A stretch of 64,000 nt of DNA from an uncultured delta proteobacterium. Lineage in GTDB: Bacteria; Myxococcota_A; Polyangia; Polyangiales; Polyangiaceae. Made by a program: the position numbers and the translations under genes. The notes beneath the pieces are model-generated. The model was given only the letters and a program-made list of their open reading frames with translations, was not told the DNA's origin and searched no databases. Shown in pieces: positions 40,619-50,351 of this stretch. Position 1 is the stretch's first letter. Each line of letters begins with the position of its first letter. The stretch lies in assembly GCA_963696385.1 (NCBI GenBank), contig CAVOKF010000001.1, positions 192,001 to 256,000 on the forward strand, in the 5' to 3' direction.

Positions 40619-41455
40619 ATGAATCTCGGTCGCCTCTCTCGATGGTCGCTCGGCGCAGCGAGCCTCCTACTGATGCCGCAAGCCGCGCGAGCCGAGGATC
40701 CGAATGCGGCAGACCATTTTGCGATCCAGCCCGTCGCCGACGGGGTGGTCATCGCGGCCGGGGCCGGTTTCTCGACGATCCTGTCGCTCATCTTGAACAC
40801 GGGCGAAATTCAGCCGTTGCCGGTGGCGGCGGGGAGCGAAAGCCGGCTTTTGGGCATCGATCGCATCGCCGTGACGCAGACCATCGATCCGCACGCGGGG
40901 ACGTACTCGGACCTCGGCTTGTACGCCGGCGTCGGCCTTGCGGTGGTCGACACCCTTTCCTCCGCATTTCGCGACCGCTGGGAGGCTGGCCTCACCGACG
41001 GGGTGATGTACGCCGAGTCGGTGTCGGTGGCGGTTGCCTTTGACGACATCGTCAAGATCGCCGTGCGGCGACCGCGTCCGATCGATTACAGCGCTGCGAA
41101 CGCCGGCAATACCTCGAACACCGACTTGGCACTGTCGTTTTTCTCTGGGCACGAGGCGGTGCTCTCCTCGATAACCGGAACCGCAACGTATCTCGCGTTC
41201 ATCCATTCGCCGGATTCGCCGCGTCCTTGGCTCACGCTGGCGGGCGGCACGCTGCTCACCGCGTGGGTCGGTTACGAGCGCGTCCGGGCCGGAGCGCACT
41301 TCCCGACCGACGTCATCATGGGAGCTCTTGCAGGCGCCTCGATCGGCGTGCTCGTTCCGCACTTGCACAGGCGGGGAACCCGCCCCGTATGGATCGATCT
41401 CGCGCCGGCTCCGGGCGGCAGGGGAGCCACCGCCGGCGTACACGGCTTTTTCTGA
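40619..41455 (+). CDS. PAP2-family phosphatase
   Basis: K....R.RP, SFFSGH, RV.AG.HFPTDV..G. Confidence 0.88.
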   Translation: MNLGRLSRWSLGAASLLLMPQAARAEDPNAADHFAIQPVADGVVIAAGAGFSTILSLILNTGEIQPLPVAAGSESRLLGIDRIAVTQTIDPHAGTYSDLGLYAGVGLAVVDTLSSAFRDRWEAGLTDGVMYAESVSVAVAFDDIVKIAVRRPRPIDYSAANAGNTSNTDLALSFFSGHEAVLSSITGTATYLAFIHSPDSPRPWLTLAGGTLLTAWVGYERVRAGAHFPTDVIMGALAGASIGVLVPHLHRRGTRPVWIDLAPAPGGRGATAGVHGFF

Positions 41456-41632
41456 TCGGGGCGTTCCGTTACGGCCTGCGCCCCCCTTTGGCGCAGATGC
41501 AATCTCTTCTCCGGCCCGCGAGCGTCGACCGAGCGCTCCTCAACCACGTCGAATTGCCTTCGCATTCCGCGTCGAGGATGGCGTAGATTGCGAGCGATCG
41601 AGCGGCGGGAGCGAGCGGCCACCGTGCAGCCC

Positions 41633-44600
41633 ATGAATGCGAGCGATGTGCAGGAAGGGGCCGCGCGCGGCTCGTTCCCGATCGCGGCGATCGGGGCTTC
41701 GGCGGGCGGGCTTGCGCCGACCGTCGAGGTAATCCGCGAGCTCGGCCGGCAGCCGGGCCTCGCGATCGTGGTCATTCACCATCTCGACCCGACGCACGAG
41801 AGCGGCTTGGTCGAAATCCTGTCCCGGGCGACTGCCATGCCGGTTGCGGCCGCGACGGACGGCGTCCGCGTCGAGGCGAACCGTGTCTACGTCGTTCCGC
41901 CCAACGCCGGATTGCTCGTGAGCCAGGGCGTCTTGAAGGTCGTCCCTCGCCTGCAGGAGGGCGCCCAACACCTGCCCATCAATCGGTTCTTCGAGTCTCT
42001 TGCGCTGGACCGAGAGGGCTTGGCCGTCGGAGTCGTGCTGAGCGGCAGCGGCTCCGACGGAAGCGAAGGGATCGAGGCCATCAAGAAAGAGGGCGGGATC
42101 ACGTTGGCGCAAGACGCGACCGCCCCTTTCGAGAGCATGCCCCAGAGCGCGATCGCCACCGGGTGCGTCGACTTCGTCTTGGCGCCGGCGGCGATTGGTC
42201 GAGAGCTCGTGCGGATCGGATCGCACGCACCGTCGCTCGGCGCGGTAGCGCCGCAGGGGTTCGAGGAGCGCGATTACCTTGCGATCGTGGCGGCCATGCG
42301 CAAGTCGAGCGGCGTCGACTTCGCGAGCTACAAGCACTCGACCCTGCGGCGTCGCATCCAGCGGCGCCTCTTGCTCCGCGGGTTGACCGACCTCGGGGCT
42401 TATCTCGATCTCTTGAAGCGCGAACCATCCGAGATCAGCACGCTCTGCGAGGAGGTTCTGATCCATGTGACCGGCTTTTTTCGCGAGCCCGAGGTCTTCG
42501 AGGTGTTGCGCACGCGAATTTTTCCGAAGCTGTGCGACACCAAACGGCCCGACGATGGCATTCGGGTCTGGGTCCCCGGCTGCGCCACAGGCGAGGAGGT
42601 CTACTCGATGGCCATCTGCCTGCTCGAATTTCTGGAAGGGGCGCACAAGGACCTGCCCATCAAGATCTTCGGCACCGACCTGAGCCTGGTCAGCATCGAG
42701 AAGGCGCGTGCCGGGACGTACCCTCAGAGCATCGAGCGAGACGTCTCGCCGGAGCGACTTCAACGCTTCTTCGCGAAGGACGATCACGGGTGGCGAATTC
42801 GACGAGATTTGCGAGACATGTGCGTTTTCGCCAAGCACGATCTCACGAACGATCCCCCCTTTTCGTCGATGGACGTCGTGAGTTGCCGTAACCTGATGAT
42901 CTATCTCGGACCGGAGCTCCAGGACCGGGTCATCGCGCTGCTCCACTACGCCCTGAAGGACCCGGGGTTCCTGGTGCTCGGGAACTCGGAAACCGTCCGC
43001 ACCTTCACGGGATTTGCCGCCATGGATGGCAAGAGCCGAATTTACGCGCGAACCCCGGTGGCAAAACGGCTCACCTTCGACTTCGCGACGCCGACCTTCC
43101 TGGGCGAGTCCGCGCGGCCCCCTCCCTCGCCGGCGAGGGCTCCGGACCGCCCCGCCGGGAAACGGCCGAGCTTGTCGGACCTCGATGCCGAAGCCGATCG
43201 CCTCGTCCTTGCCGAATTCGCCCCGCCGGGAGTCATCGTCACGAGCGACCTGGCCATCGTCCAGTGCCGAGGTCAGACCGGCCCTTTCCTGGAGCTTGCG
43301 CCGGGCGCCGCGAGCCTCGATTTGCTTCGCATGGCACGCGAAGAGCTGAGACTGCCACTCCGCCGCTTGATCGACCAAGCCCGGACCGCGCATAGCCCCG
43401 CGAGGGAGACTGGCTTTACCGTCGTCGGGGGCGACCGGCGTCGCACCGTTACGCTGGAGGTCATCCCGTTTACCGTTCATTCGGCCGATCAGCGCTTTTT
43501 CCTCGTGCTCTTTCAGGACGTCACGCAGAAAGAATCGGCGGATGTCATTCGCGGCGGGGCAGAGGGTCAAGAGACCGATCCCGTCCCCGAAGGCGCGCTC
43601 GCGAACGAGCTCGCGTCGACGCGTCGATACCTCGAGTCGGTCATCGAACAATCCGATGCGACCCACGAGGAACTCAAAGCGGCCAACGAGGAGATTGTCT
43701 CGAGCAACGAGGAGCTCCGCAGCACGAACGAGGAGCTTCAGAGTGCGAAAGAGGAGCTTCAGGCGACCAACGACGAGTTGCGTACGATCAACGACGAGCT
43801 CGGCCAAAGGAACGTCGAGGCGACCCGCCTGAGCGACGATCTGACGAACGTGCTCAGCAGCGCCGAGATCCCGATCCTCATCGTGGGACGGGACTCGCGC
43901 TTGCGAAGGTTTACGCCGGCCGCGGGCAAGGTGTTCGACCTTCTGGCCAGCGACGTCGATCGTCCCCTGAGCGAGGCGCGACGACTCGGTGCGGTCGCGC
44001 CGGGGCTCATGGGGCTCATCGCCGAGGTCCTCGAACACCTGCGTCCAGCGGAGTGCACCCTCCAAGACGCCGCCGGTCGCTGGGTTCAGCTTGCGGTTCG
44101 TCCGTACGTCACGATCGACGGTCGGATCGACGGAACGGTCGTCGCGGCGCGCGACATCGATGCCGAGACGAAAGCCACGGAAGGTCTCGTGGCCGCCCGC
44201 AAGTATGCGGAGAACATCGTCGAGACCGTCCGCGAGGGCCTGGTCGTGCTCGATCGCGACTTGCGGGTGCGATCGGCGAACCCCGCCTTCCAGCGGGCGG
44301 TGGCCCGACCGCTGAAGGACATCGAGGGCCGGCGTCTCGACGAGCTCGAACGTCCCGAGCTGGCGACTCCGGCCCTTCGAAAGGTCCTCGCGGATCTCGG
44401 GGACGGCGCAACCATCGAAGGGTTCCGCATGGAGCACGCCGATGGACCGGCCGGCCTGCGCGTGTTTCTGCTCAACGCTCACCATATCGAGGGCACCGAG
44501 CTCTTCCTGGTTGCGATCGAGGATGTCACGGAAGCCGAACGCGCAAGGAGCCAGCGCGCCGAAATCGGCTTTCGCGATGCTCTAACCGGGGCGTCCGAGG

Positions 44601-45676
44601 GCATCCTGATGGTTGACCCCGCCGGGCGGATCGTTTTTGCGAATCTCGCGGCGGCCGGACTTTTTGGCTACGATTGCGAGGAGCTCACGAACCTTTCGGT
44701 CGACGGGCTGGTACCCGACCGCCTTCGGGAGATTCACTCAAGGCACCGCGTGGACTATCTGGCGGCTCCTTTGCCGCGTCCCATGGGACCGGACCAAGAG
44801 CCCGTCGGTCGGCGCAAGGACGGAACCCAATTCCCGATCGAAGTTTCGCTCAGTAGGATGCCCCGAGAGGGTGGCTCGGTGGTCTTGGCCTTCGTCACGG
44901 ACATCACGAAGCGGCGGGAGGCGGAGAAAAAGATTCAAGCCTACCAGGAACGGCTCCAGAACATGGCCTTCGACGCGGCGGTGACCGAGGAGCGGGAGCG
45001 ACGGCGCCTCGCCATCGAGTTGCACGATGGGATCGGGCAGGACCTTGCGCTCGCCAAGATCAAACTGACCCCATTTCGCAACGAACTCGGGGGCGACTCT
45101 CGCCCGGCCATCAACGGGGCGATCGATCTCCTCGACAAGGCGATCAACGACAGCCGCACGCTGGTCTTCGAGCTCAGCCCGCCCGTCCTCTACGACATCG
45201 GGCTCAAGGCGGCGCTCGCATGGCTGGCGGAGGACGTCGAGAAGCGCCACGGGGTCCATGTCGAGGTCACCGACGATGGGCTGGACAAGCCGCTCGACGA
45301 CGCCGCCAAAGCCATCCTCTTTCGCGCGGTGCGCGAGCTCGTCCTGAATGTGCTCAAGCACGCCCGGGCACCGCAAGCAAAGGTGTCTCTCCGGCGGCGA
45401 GACGATCATTTCCAGATCGATGTCGAGGATGGGGGTGTCGGCTTCGATCCCGACGCGCCGAGAGATCGTCCGAGCCCCGGCGGTTTCGGCCTCCTCAGCG
45501 TCCGCGAGCAGATCACTCGCCTCGGTGGCACTCTGAAGGTCGAGTCCGCGCCGCAGGCGGGTACGCGGGTAAGCGTCGCGGTCCCGCTGCAGGCGAGCGC
45601 GGCCCCCCTGCAGGCCAGCGAGGCCCCGCGCCCATTGGGGGATGACGTCGCCCGCGACGAGGAGGGAACCCTGTGA
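41633..45676 (+). CDS. CheB-CheR-PAS-HisKA_3 fusion sensor kinase
   Basis: GASAGG/HHLDP/GSDG (CheB); WVPGCATGEEVYS and SCRNLMIY (CheR); NEELQS coil; PAS; ELHDGIGQ; N..KHA; DGGVGF. Confidence 0.92.
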   Translation: MNASDVQEGAARGSFPIAAIGASAGGLAPTVEVIRELGRQPGLAIVVIHHLDPTHESGLVEILSRATAMPVAAATDGVRVEANRVYVVPPNAGLLVSQGVLKVVPRLQEGAQHLPINRFFESLALDREGLAVGVVLSGSGSDGSEGIEAIKKEGGITLAQDATAPFESMPQSAIATGCVDFVLAPAAIGRELVRIGSHAPSLGAVAPQGFEERDYLAIVAAMRKSSGVDFASYKHSTLRRRIQRRLLLRGLTDLGAYLDLLKREPSEISTLCEEVLIHVTGFFREPEVFEVLRTRIFPKLCDTKRPDDGIRVWVPGCATGEEVYSMAICLLEFLEGAHKDLPIKIFGTDLSLVSIEKARAGTYPQSIERDVSPERLQRFFAKDDHGWRIRRDLRDMCVFAKHDLTNDPPFSSMDVVSCRNLMIYLGPELQDRVIALLHYALKDPGFLVLGNSETVRTFTGFAAMDGKSRIYARTPVAKRLTFDFATPTFLGESARPPPSPARAPDRPAGKRPSLSDLDAEADRLVLAEFAPPGVIVTSDLAIVQCRGQTGPFLELAPGAASLDLLRMAREELRLPLRRLIDQARTAHSPARETGFTVVGGDRRRTVTLEVIPFTVHSADQRFFLVLFQDVTQKESADVIRGGAEGQETDPVPEGALANELASTRRYLESVIEQSDATHEELKAANEEIVSSNEELRSTNEELQSAKEELQATNDELRTINDELGQRNVEATRLSDDLTNVLSSAEIPILIVGRDSRLRRFTPAAGKVFDLLASDVDRPLSEARRLGAVAPGLMGLIAEVLEHLRPAECTLQDAAGRWVQLAVRPYVTIDGRIDGTVVAARDIDAETKATEGLVAARKYAENIVETVREGLVVLDRDLRVRSANPAFQRAVARPLKDIEGRRLDELERPELATPALRKVLADLGDGATIEGFRMEHADGPAGLRVFLLNAHHIEGTELFLVAIEDVTEAERARSQRAEIGFRDALTGASEGILMVDPAGRIVFANLAAAGLFGYDCEELTNLSVDGLVPDRLREIHSRHRVDYLAAPLPRPMGPDQEPVGRRKDGTQFPIEVSLSRMPREGGSVVLAFVTDITKRREAEKKIQAYQERLQNMAFDAAVTEERERRRLAIELHDGIGQDLALAKIKLTPFRNELGGDSRPAINGAIDLLDKAINDSRTLVFELSPPVLYDIGLKAALAWLAEDVEKRHGVHVEVTDDGLDKPLDDAAKAILFRAVRELVLNVLKHARAPQAKVSLRRRDDHFQIDVEDGGVGFDPDAPRDRPSPGGFGLLSVREQITRLGGTLKVESAPQAGTRVSVAVPLQASAAPLQASEAPRPLGDDVARDEEGTL

Positions 45677-46317
45677 AGGTCGTACTGGCGGACGACCACA
45701 GGATTATGCGCGACGGCCTTCGTGCCGTGCTCACTGCAGCCGGGGTGCAGGTGGTCGGCGAGGCGGGGGACGGCGAGGCGGCCATCGCGGAGGCGGCTCG
45801 CTCGCACCCGGACGTCGTGGTCATCGACATTGCGATGCCCAAGCTCAGCGGTATCGAGGCCACGCGCCAGCTCAGAGCCAAGATGCCCGGCACCAAGGTC
45901 ATCGCGCTCAGCATGAACTCGGATCGGCGCTACGTGATGGCCATGTTGGAAGCGGGGGCCGCGGGCTATCTGCTCAAGGATGCGGCCGCGGACGAGCTCC
46001 TCATGGCCTTGGACGCCGTGGGTCGCGGTGAGACGTACCTGAGCCCAGCGATCGCAGCCAGTGTGGTCGACCACGCGCTCCGCGCCCGTCCGTCGCCTTC
46101 ATCCGGGCCGGAGAAGCCGCTGAGCGCTCGAGAGCGCGAAGTCGTGCAACTGGTCGCCGAAGGCAAGTCCTCCAAGGAAATCGCCATGATCCTGCACATT
46201 GCCGTCCCGACCGTCGACACCCACCGACGTCAAATCATGGATAAGTTGCAACTGCGGACCATCGCAGAACTGACCAAGTACGCGATTCGCGAGGGCCTGA
46301 CCTCGGCGGAGCGGTGA
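45673..46317 (+). CDS. NarL/LuxR-family response regulator
   Basis: LADDH, IDIAMP, GYLLKD, LS.REREV..L.AEG.S.KEIA, TV.THR. Confidence 0.95.
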   Translation: MKVVLADDHRIMRDGLRAVLTAAGVQVVGEAGDGEAAIAEAARSHPDVVVIDIAMPKLSGIEATRQLRAKMPGTKVIALSMNSDRRYVMAMLEAGAAGYLLKDAAADELLMALDAVGRGETYLSPAIAASVVDHALRARPSPSSGPEKPLSAREREVVQLVAEGKSSKEIAMILHIAVPTVDTHRRQIMDKLQLRTIAELTKYAIREGLTSAER

Positions 46318-46340
46318 CCTCGCGGGCAACAACCGCCGGC

Positions 46341-47099
46341 CTACGCGGCCCAGTACGCCGGGCGCCCGTAATAGTCATGCATGCGGGCTTCGTACTCACG
46401 AGTGATGACTGCGCTCGCGTCCCACTCGGGGCTATTGCGGATCGCCTGTCGAGACATGTCGACGTGGACTTTCCTTTCCGCCCAGCTGATTCCGCTGGCC
46501 CAGTGGGGCCCCACGAGCACCTTCTTGCCGAACCCCCACAGGCTCGTATCGATGACCAGATAGCGCACTTCCCAGGTCTCATCGTCGACGACGAAGTCTG
46601 CGACCTTACCGATCGCGTCGTCACTTCCCTGCACGTGGTAGCCACGGACCTCGTTGACGCTCCGCAGGTGGACGTCGCCCGAAATTTCGTCCGAGTTCTT
46701 GGCCTCGGGGACGTTGTCCCACCCGCCGTGCGCGAGCCAGCCGGGATAAGCGCCCATCGCCCAGGCGCCCGAGTATCCCCAATAATACGGATAGCCGTAG
46801 TAGCGGTAGTAGTCGCGCTCGTGCTGGCGAGACACGGGCATGTCCGTGTCGACCGGGGGGCTCTTCTTGATCTTGTCCATCGTCAGCGCCAGGTGAAAGA
46901 GGTCCGTCGACCAGTCCACCCCGCTGAAGAAGATGGGCGAGATGAGCGCCTTGCGCTGATCGAAGAAGCTGCCCGTCTTGACGACGAGATACCGGACGGC
47001 CCATCGTTCGTCGTCAAATAGGAAATTGACGACGCTTCCGATTTCGCCGTCGGTCGCGGCCACCCTGTATCCCTCGAGATCTTTGAGGCTTCGCAGCAT
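46341..47099 (-). CDS. Tandem PRC-barrel domain protein (paralog of 10045-10866)
   Basis: Same motifs as the paralog; TGGCTCGAGACTTGCT at 47134-47149 (minus). Confidence 0.87.
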   Translation of the reverse strand: MLRSLKDLEGYRVAATDGEIGSVVNFLFDDERWAVRYLVVKTGSFFDQRKALISPIFFSGVDWSTDLFHLALTMDKIKKSPPVDTDMPVSRQHERDYYRYYGYPYYWGYSGAWAMGAYPGWLAHGGWDNVPEAKNSDEISGDVHLRSVNEVRGYHVQGSDDAIGKVADFVVDDETWEVRYLVIDTSLWGFGKKVLVGPHWASGISWAERKVHVDMSRQAIRNSPEWDASAVITREYEARMHDYYGRPAYWAA

Positions 47100-47397
47100 G
47101 GGATCACCTCGTTAGACGACGAGCGAGTCTCGGAGCAAGTCTCGAGCCACGAGCGAGCCCCGAGCGTGCCACGAGCGCGCCCCGAGCGCGCCCCGAGACG
47201 GTGGGGTGGCCCGACCCTGCCGGGTCGCCTCATGCACGAGGGCGCCGAGCTGGCGCTGCAGGCCCGTCCGGAGCCTAGGGACGGACCTGGCCGCGTGCCC
47301 TGCGTCGTGAGCCCCGTCGGATCTCGCGGTCAGCCCTTCGCGCGACTGGCTTGGGTTTGCGCGACGGGCGGCATGAGTATTGCGTTCGACTGCGCTC

Positions 47398-47763
47398 ATG
47401 GATGCCGAAGCCCAAAAATGTGATCCCGGAACCTCAGTGCACGGTCCGACGAGCCGGTCCAACGGGAACGCTCGCATCGGCGGTCTCGACTTTGCGCGCC
47501 GCGCGAAAGCCGCCGTGACCCAACTGCCGATGAACCTCAATGAGAACATCCAGCGGAACCCGTACGCGACGCTCGGCGTCGCGGTCGCTCTCGGGGCGGG
47601 AGCGGGCCTGCTTCTCGGGCATCGCATTCTGCGAACGGTGCTGACGAGTGTCGCGTCGTACGCCGCCATCGAGATCGGGCGCGAGCTCGGCCGCGCGTAC
47701 CTGCGCGAGCGGGCCAGCAGCATTGCGGACGGGGGGCGACACGTCTCGGCGCCTGCGGCCTAG
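47398..47763 (+). CDS. Hypothetical membrane-anchored protein (ElaB/DUF883-like motif)
   Basis: I..NPY..LGVA...G.G.GLLLG; CGGCATGAGTATTGC at 47369. Confidence 0.6.
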   Translation: MDAEAQKCDPGTSVHGPTSRSNGNARIGGLDFARRAKAAVTQLPMNLNENIQRNPYATLGVAVALGAGAGLLLGHRILRTVLTSVASYAAIEIGRELGRAYLRERASSIADGGRHVSAPAA

Positions 47764-48104
47764 CGTCTTCCCGATCCCCATCGAGTTGATCCGGCCGCTC
47801 TTGGCGGCGCCGGTACGCATGAAAGCCGTGGAACCGGCGCGGGTCTCGGCCAATGGCGGCGAGTCGTCGACCAAACCCCTATCTCGTGAACCGCCACCTT
47901 CATCACCCTTGCGCAAAGCACTGCGACGACCACGGCGCGGTGCAGTTCCGGCCCGCATCGCAGACTCACTCGTGAGGGGCGCGAATTCGATCCGGATCGA
48001 CGCGGCGGGCGGCAGGGGCGCGTTCGCGGCAAACTCGCCGTTTTTGCCATCTCTCGAGACCGACCGTGCCGCGAACGCCGCGGCCCACCAGAAAGCGGAG
48101 TGAC

Positions 48105-48269
48105 ATGCCGATGTGGGGCTCATGGTGGGTGCTTTGGAGTGTGTTCATCCTCGTGTTCATGGGGACGACGCCGTTCGGTTATCGCTGGGCCCGCGGATGG
48201 GGCGCGTCGCACGCGAGCTCTATCGTTCGGCGGCGAGGACAGCCAAGCAGGCGCCGCAGGCCGTTCTAG
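48105..48269 (+). CDS. Possible small Trp-rich membrane protein (may be degraded)
   Basis: GGAG RBS; WGSWWVLWSVFILVF hydrophobic stretch. Confidence 0.3.
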   Translation: MPMWGSWWVLWSVFILVFMGTTPFGYRWARGWGASHASSIVRRRGQPSRRRRPF

Positions 48270-48411
48270 CTTCGGGCACGTCCATCCTCTCGCGCGGCTG
48301 CTGGCCGCGCGTCCCTCCAACGGGGCCGGCAAGGCCACAGGGGCTGGTGGTCCGTCTCAGTCTCGTAGGTCCCCGGCGGCCACGCCACCCCCCTAGGGGG
48401 CAACAACCCCC

Positions 48412-48894
48412 TCACGCGGCAACGAAGAGGGCGCGTTGGTCGGGTCGGTTCGCGACGTAGGCCGCCGGCAACGGCGGCATCAAGGGTCGCAGTTGGCGCA
48501 TCGGTGGCGCGCTCGAGCGCCTCGCGTTGAGCAGAAATTCGACGCAATCTGCGAACTGCCGCATCGTGAATGGTTTGCGCAAAAACGCATTGCCGCCGAC
48601 GTCCTCCGCATACGCCATGTCCCCGGGGCTCGCGTGTTGGCACATGATGAGGATGGGCAGATCCATGAGCCCCAGCGGACCCCGTATGTGCTCGCAGAGC
48701 TCATAGCCGGACCGGCTCGGAAGGTGCGCGTGGATGCATGCGATGTGAAGCGCACGGGCTGTCAGGTGGCTATCCGCGGCCTCGAAGTGGCTCGCCGAGG
48801 CGACCTCGAAGCCCATCCGTGCGAGTCGTTTGACCATCGCCATCTGAAGCGTGGGGTCGTCTTCGACGATGAGTGCGGTCCGTCGGTCCATCAT
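48412..48894 (-). CDS. Atypical receiver protein with the phospho-Asp replaced by His
   Basis: LIVEDD...ACIHAHLP..SGYELC...KPF; paralog of 15139-15843; CGGCCTCACGCTTGCA at 48917-48932 (minus). Confidence 0.75.
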   Translation of the reverse strand: MMDRRTALIVEDDPTLQMAMVKRLARMGFEVASASHFEAADSHLTARALHIACIHAHLPSRSGYELCEHIRGPLGLMDLPILIMCQHASPGDMAYAEDVGGNAFLRKPFTMRQFADCVEFLLNARRSSAPPMRQLRPLMPPLPAAYVANRPDQRALFVAA

Positions 48895-48996
48895 GAGTGC
48901 ACGCTCGCGATTCAGTTGCAAGCGTGAGGCCGAGTCACCTTCGATGCCTTTCGCACTGCGTACGGACAGCGACGTCCCCCGATTGCCCGGGCCGGG

Positions 48997-49476
48997 TCAG
49001 CGCGAGTCGTTCGGCAGCGTGCGCTCGAGTTGCGCCACTTTCTCCAGACGCCGACAATGGCGCTCCGCGCCGCTGAAGCGCGCCGTGAGGAAGGTTTGGA
49101 CGATCTCCAACGCAATCGCGTGGCCGACGACGAGGCCGCCGAGGCAGATCACGTTCAGGTCGTCGTCCTCGACGCCTTGGCGCGCGGAGAACGTTTCATG
49201 AATGAGGCAGGCGCGAACGCCCGCCACCTTATTTGCGGCAATGCAAGCTCCCACTCCGCTGCCGCAAATGGCCACACCCCGATTCACTTCGCCACGCGCC
49301 ACGGCACGCGCCAGACGCACGACAAAATCGGGATAGTCATCGTCGGGCTGCAGCCGGTGGTCTCCGAAGTCGATCACCGGACGGCCCGCGTCACGCAGCC
49401 TTGCGGCGAGATGGTGCTTCAGGTCAAAGCCGCCGTGGTCCGCGGCGAGTCCGATCCGCATCGCTGTCGCGTCCAT
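48997..49476 (-). CDS. rpiB: Ribose-5-phosphate isomerase B
   Basis: ADHGGF.LK, DDYPD, ICGSGVG..IAANK..GVRA, D.N..CLG, F.G..RH.RR; CGGCACGCTTCATGC upstream. Confidence 0.93.
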   Translation of the reverse strand: MDATAMRIGLAADHGGFDLKHHLAARLRDAGRPVIDFGDHRLQPDDDYPDFVVRLARAVARGEVNRGVAICGSGVGACIAANKVAGVRACLIHETFSARQGVEDDDLNVICLGGLVVGHAIALEIVQTFLTARFSGAERHCRRLEKVAQLERTLPNDSR

Positions 49477-49631
49477 GAGTCCGTCCAGTGCCTGAGCATG
49501 AAGCGTGCCGCCCGTTTGCGGCACGCTCGGAGTCGACAGGCTGGGACCTTCGCGCAAGGAGTGCGCGTCGCGCAAGAGTTTGCCGTCCGAGGGACTCGGT
49601 TGTGGATCGATCGATGCAATGCGATAGGGCC

Positions 49632-50045
49632 ATGAAGACTTCTCCCCTTCTACGGAAGCTGATCCGTGCCTGCGTGGACGACGAACGAACGCTCCGTCAT
49701 GAGTCCCAATTCGTGGATGCGAGCATTGCCGTGGCGCTTCGGCGATTGGCGCGTGAGCGCGAGCACTTCGTGGCGGACCTGGAGCGCGTCGGCGAATGCC
49801 AGGTCCCCGGTGACGGCTCGTGGGGCGAGCTTTCGCGGGAAGCGGCACGCGCTCTCTGGGTGGCCGCAGCCGGTCCCAACAAGGGCGATGCCCTCGCGAC
49901 CTGCCGCCATTCGCGAGCCCGCACCGAAGCTCTCTACGACAAGGCCCTGCAAGCGTCTTGGCCGGACGGGATTCGGTTCGTCCTCGCGTCGCAGCAGCGT
50001 TGCCTTCACGACGAAGCCGCCGATCTCTATCAGCTTCAGTTCTAA
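49632..50045 (+). CDS. PA2169/DUF2383-like four-helix-bundle protein
   Basis: L..LI..C.D, ER..F..DL, G..P..GS, ...Y..AL, Q...L. Confidence 0.55.
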   Translation: MKTSPLLRKLIRACVDDERTLRHESQFVDASIAVALRRLAREREHFVADLERVGECQVPGDGSWGELSREAARALWVAAAGPNKGDALATCRHSRARTEALYDKALQASWPDGIRFVLASQQRCLHDEAADLYQLQF

Positions 50046-50351
50046 CCGCGGCAACGGGCGATGCCGGGGGGCCGTCCGCATTCTGCGACATGGGGCCTTC
50101 GGGGGAGCATTCTGCGAGATAGAGATTTGCGGGAGCGAGATGGCCAGACCAGCGGGAGGGTGAAAAGGCAAAAAACGCCCGACGCCGGCCGCCCGATTGG
50201 CGTAATAATGGCTTTGCCGGTAGGATCGCGCTGACCGGGATCGAGCCACCTGGCGAGGGAGCTCGCCGACTCTTCTCTCGATCGGAGCCATCGTCCAGCG
50301 GGTGCGCGGCAGATCCAAGGGCGCCGGGAGGCGCGAGAGGGGGAAACGCTC

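Noticed and set aside
41540..44485. Long antisense and alternate-frame ORFs (e.g. 981 aa minus; also 21263-22867, 29535-31052, 34339-35820)
   Set aside because: Shadow ORFs typical of high-GC DNA, overlapping well-supported genes and lacking motifs
47119..47196. CGAGCG-rich 11-bp imperfect repeats upstream of the PRC-barrel gene
   Set aside because: Irregular GC-rich low-complexity sequence overlapping the promoter motif; no independent evidence of function
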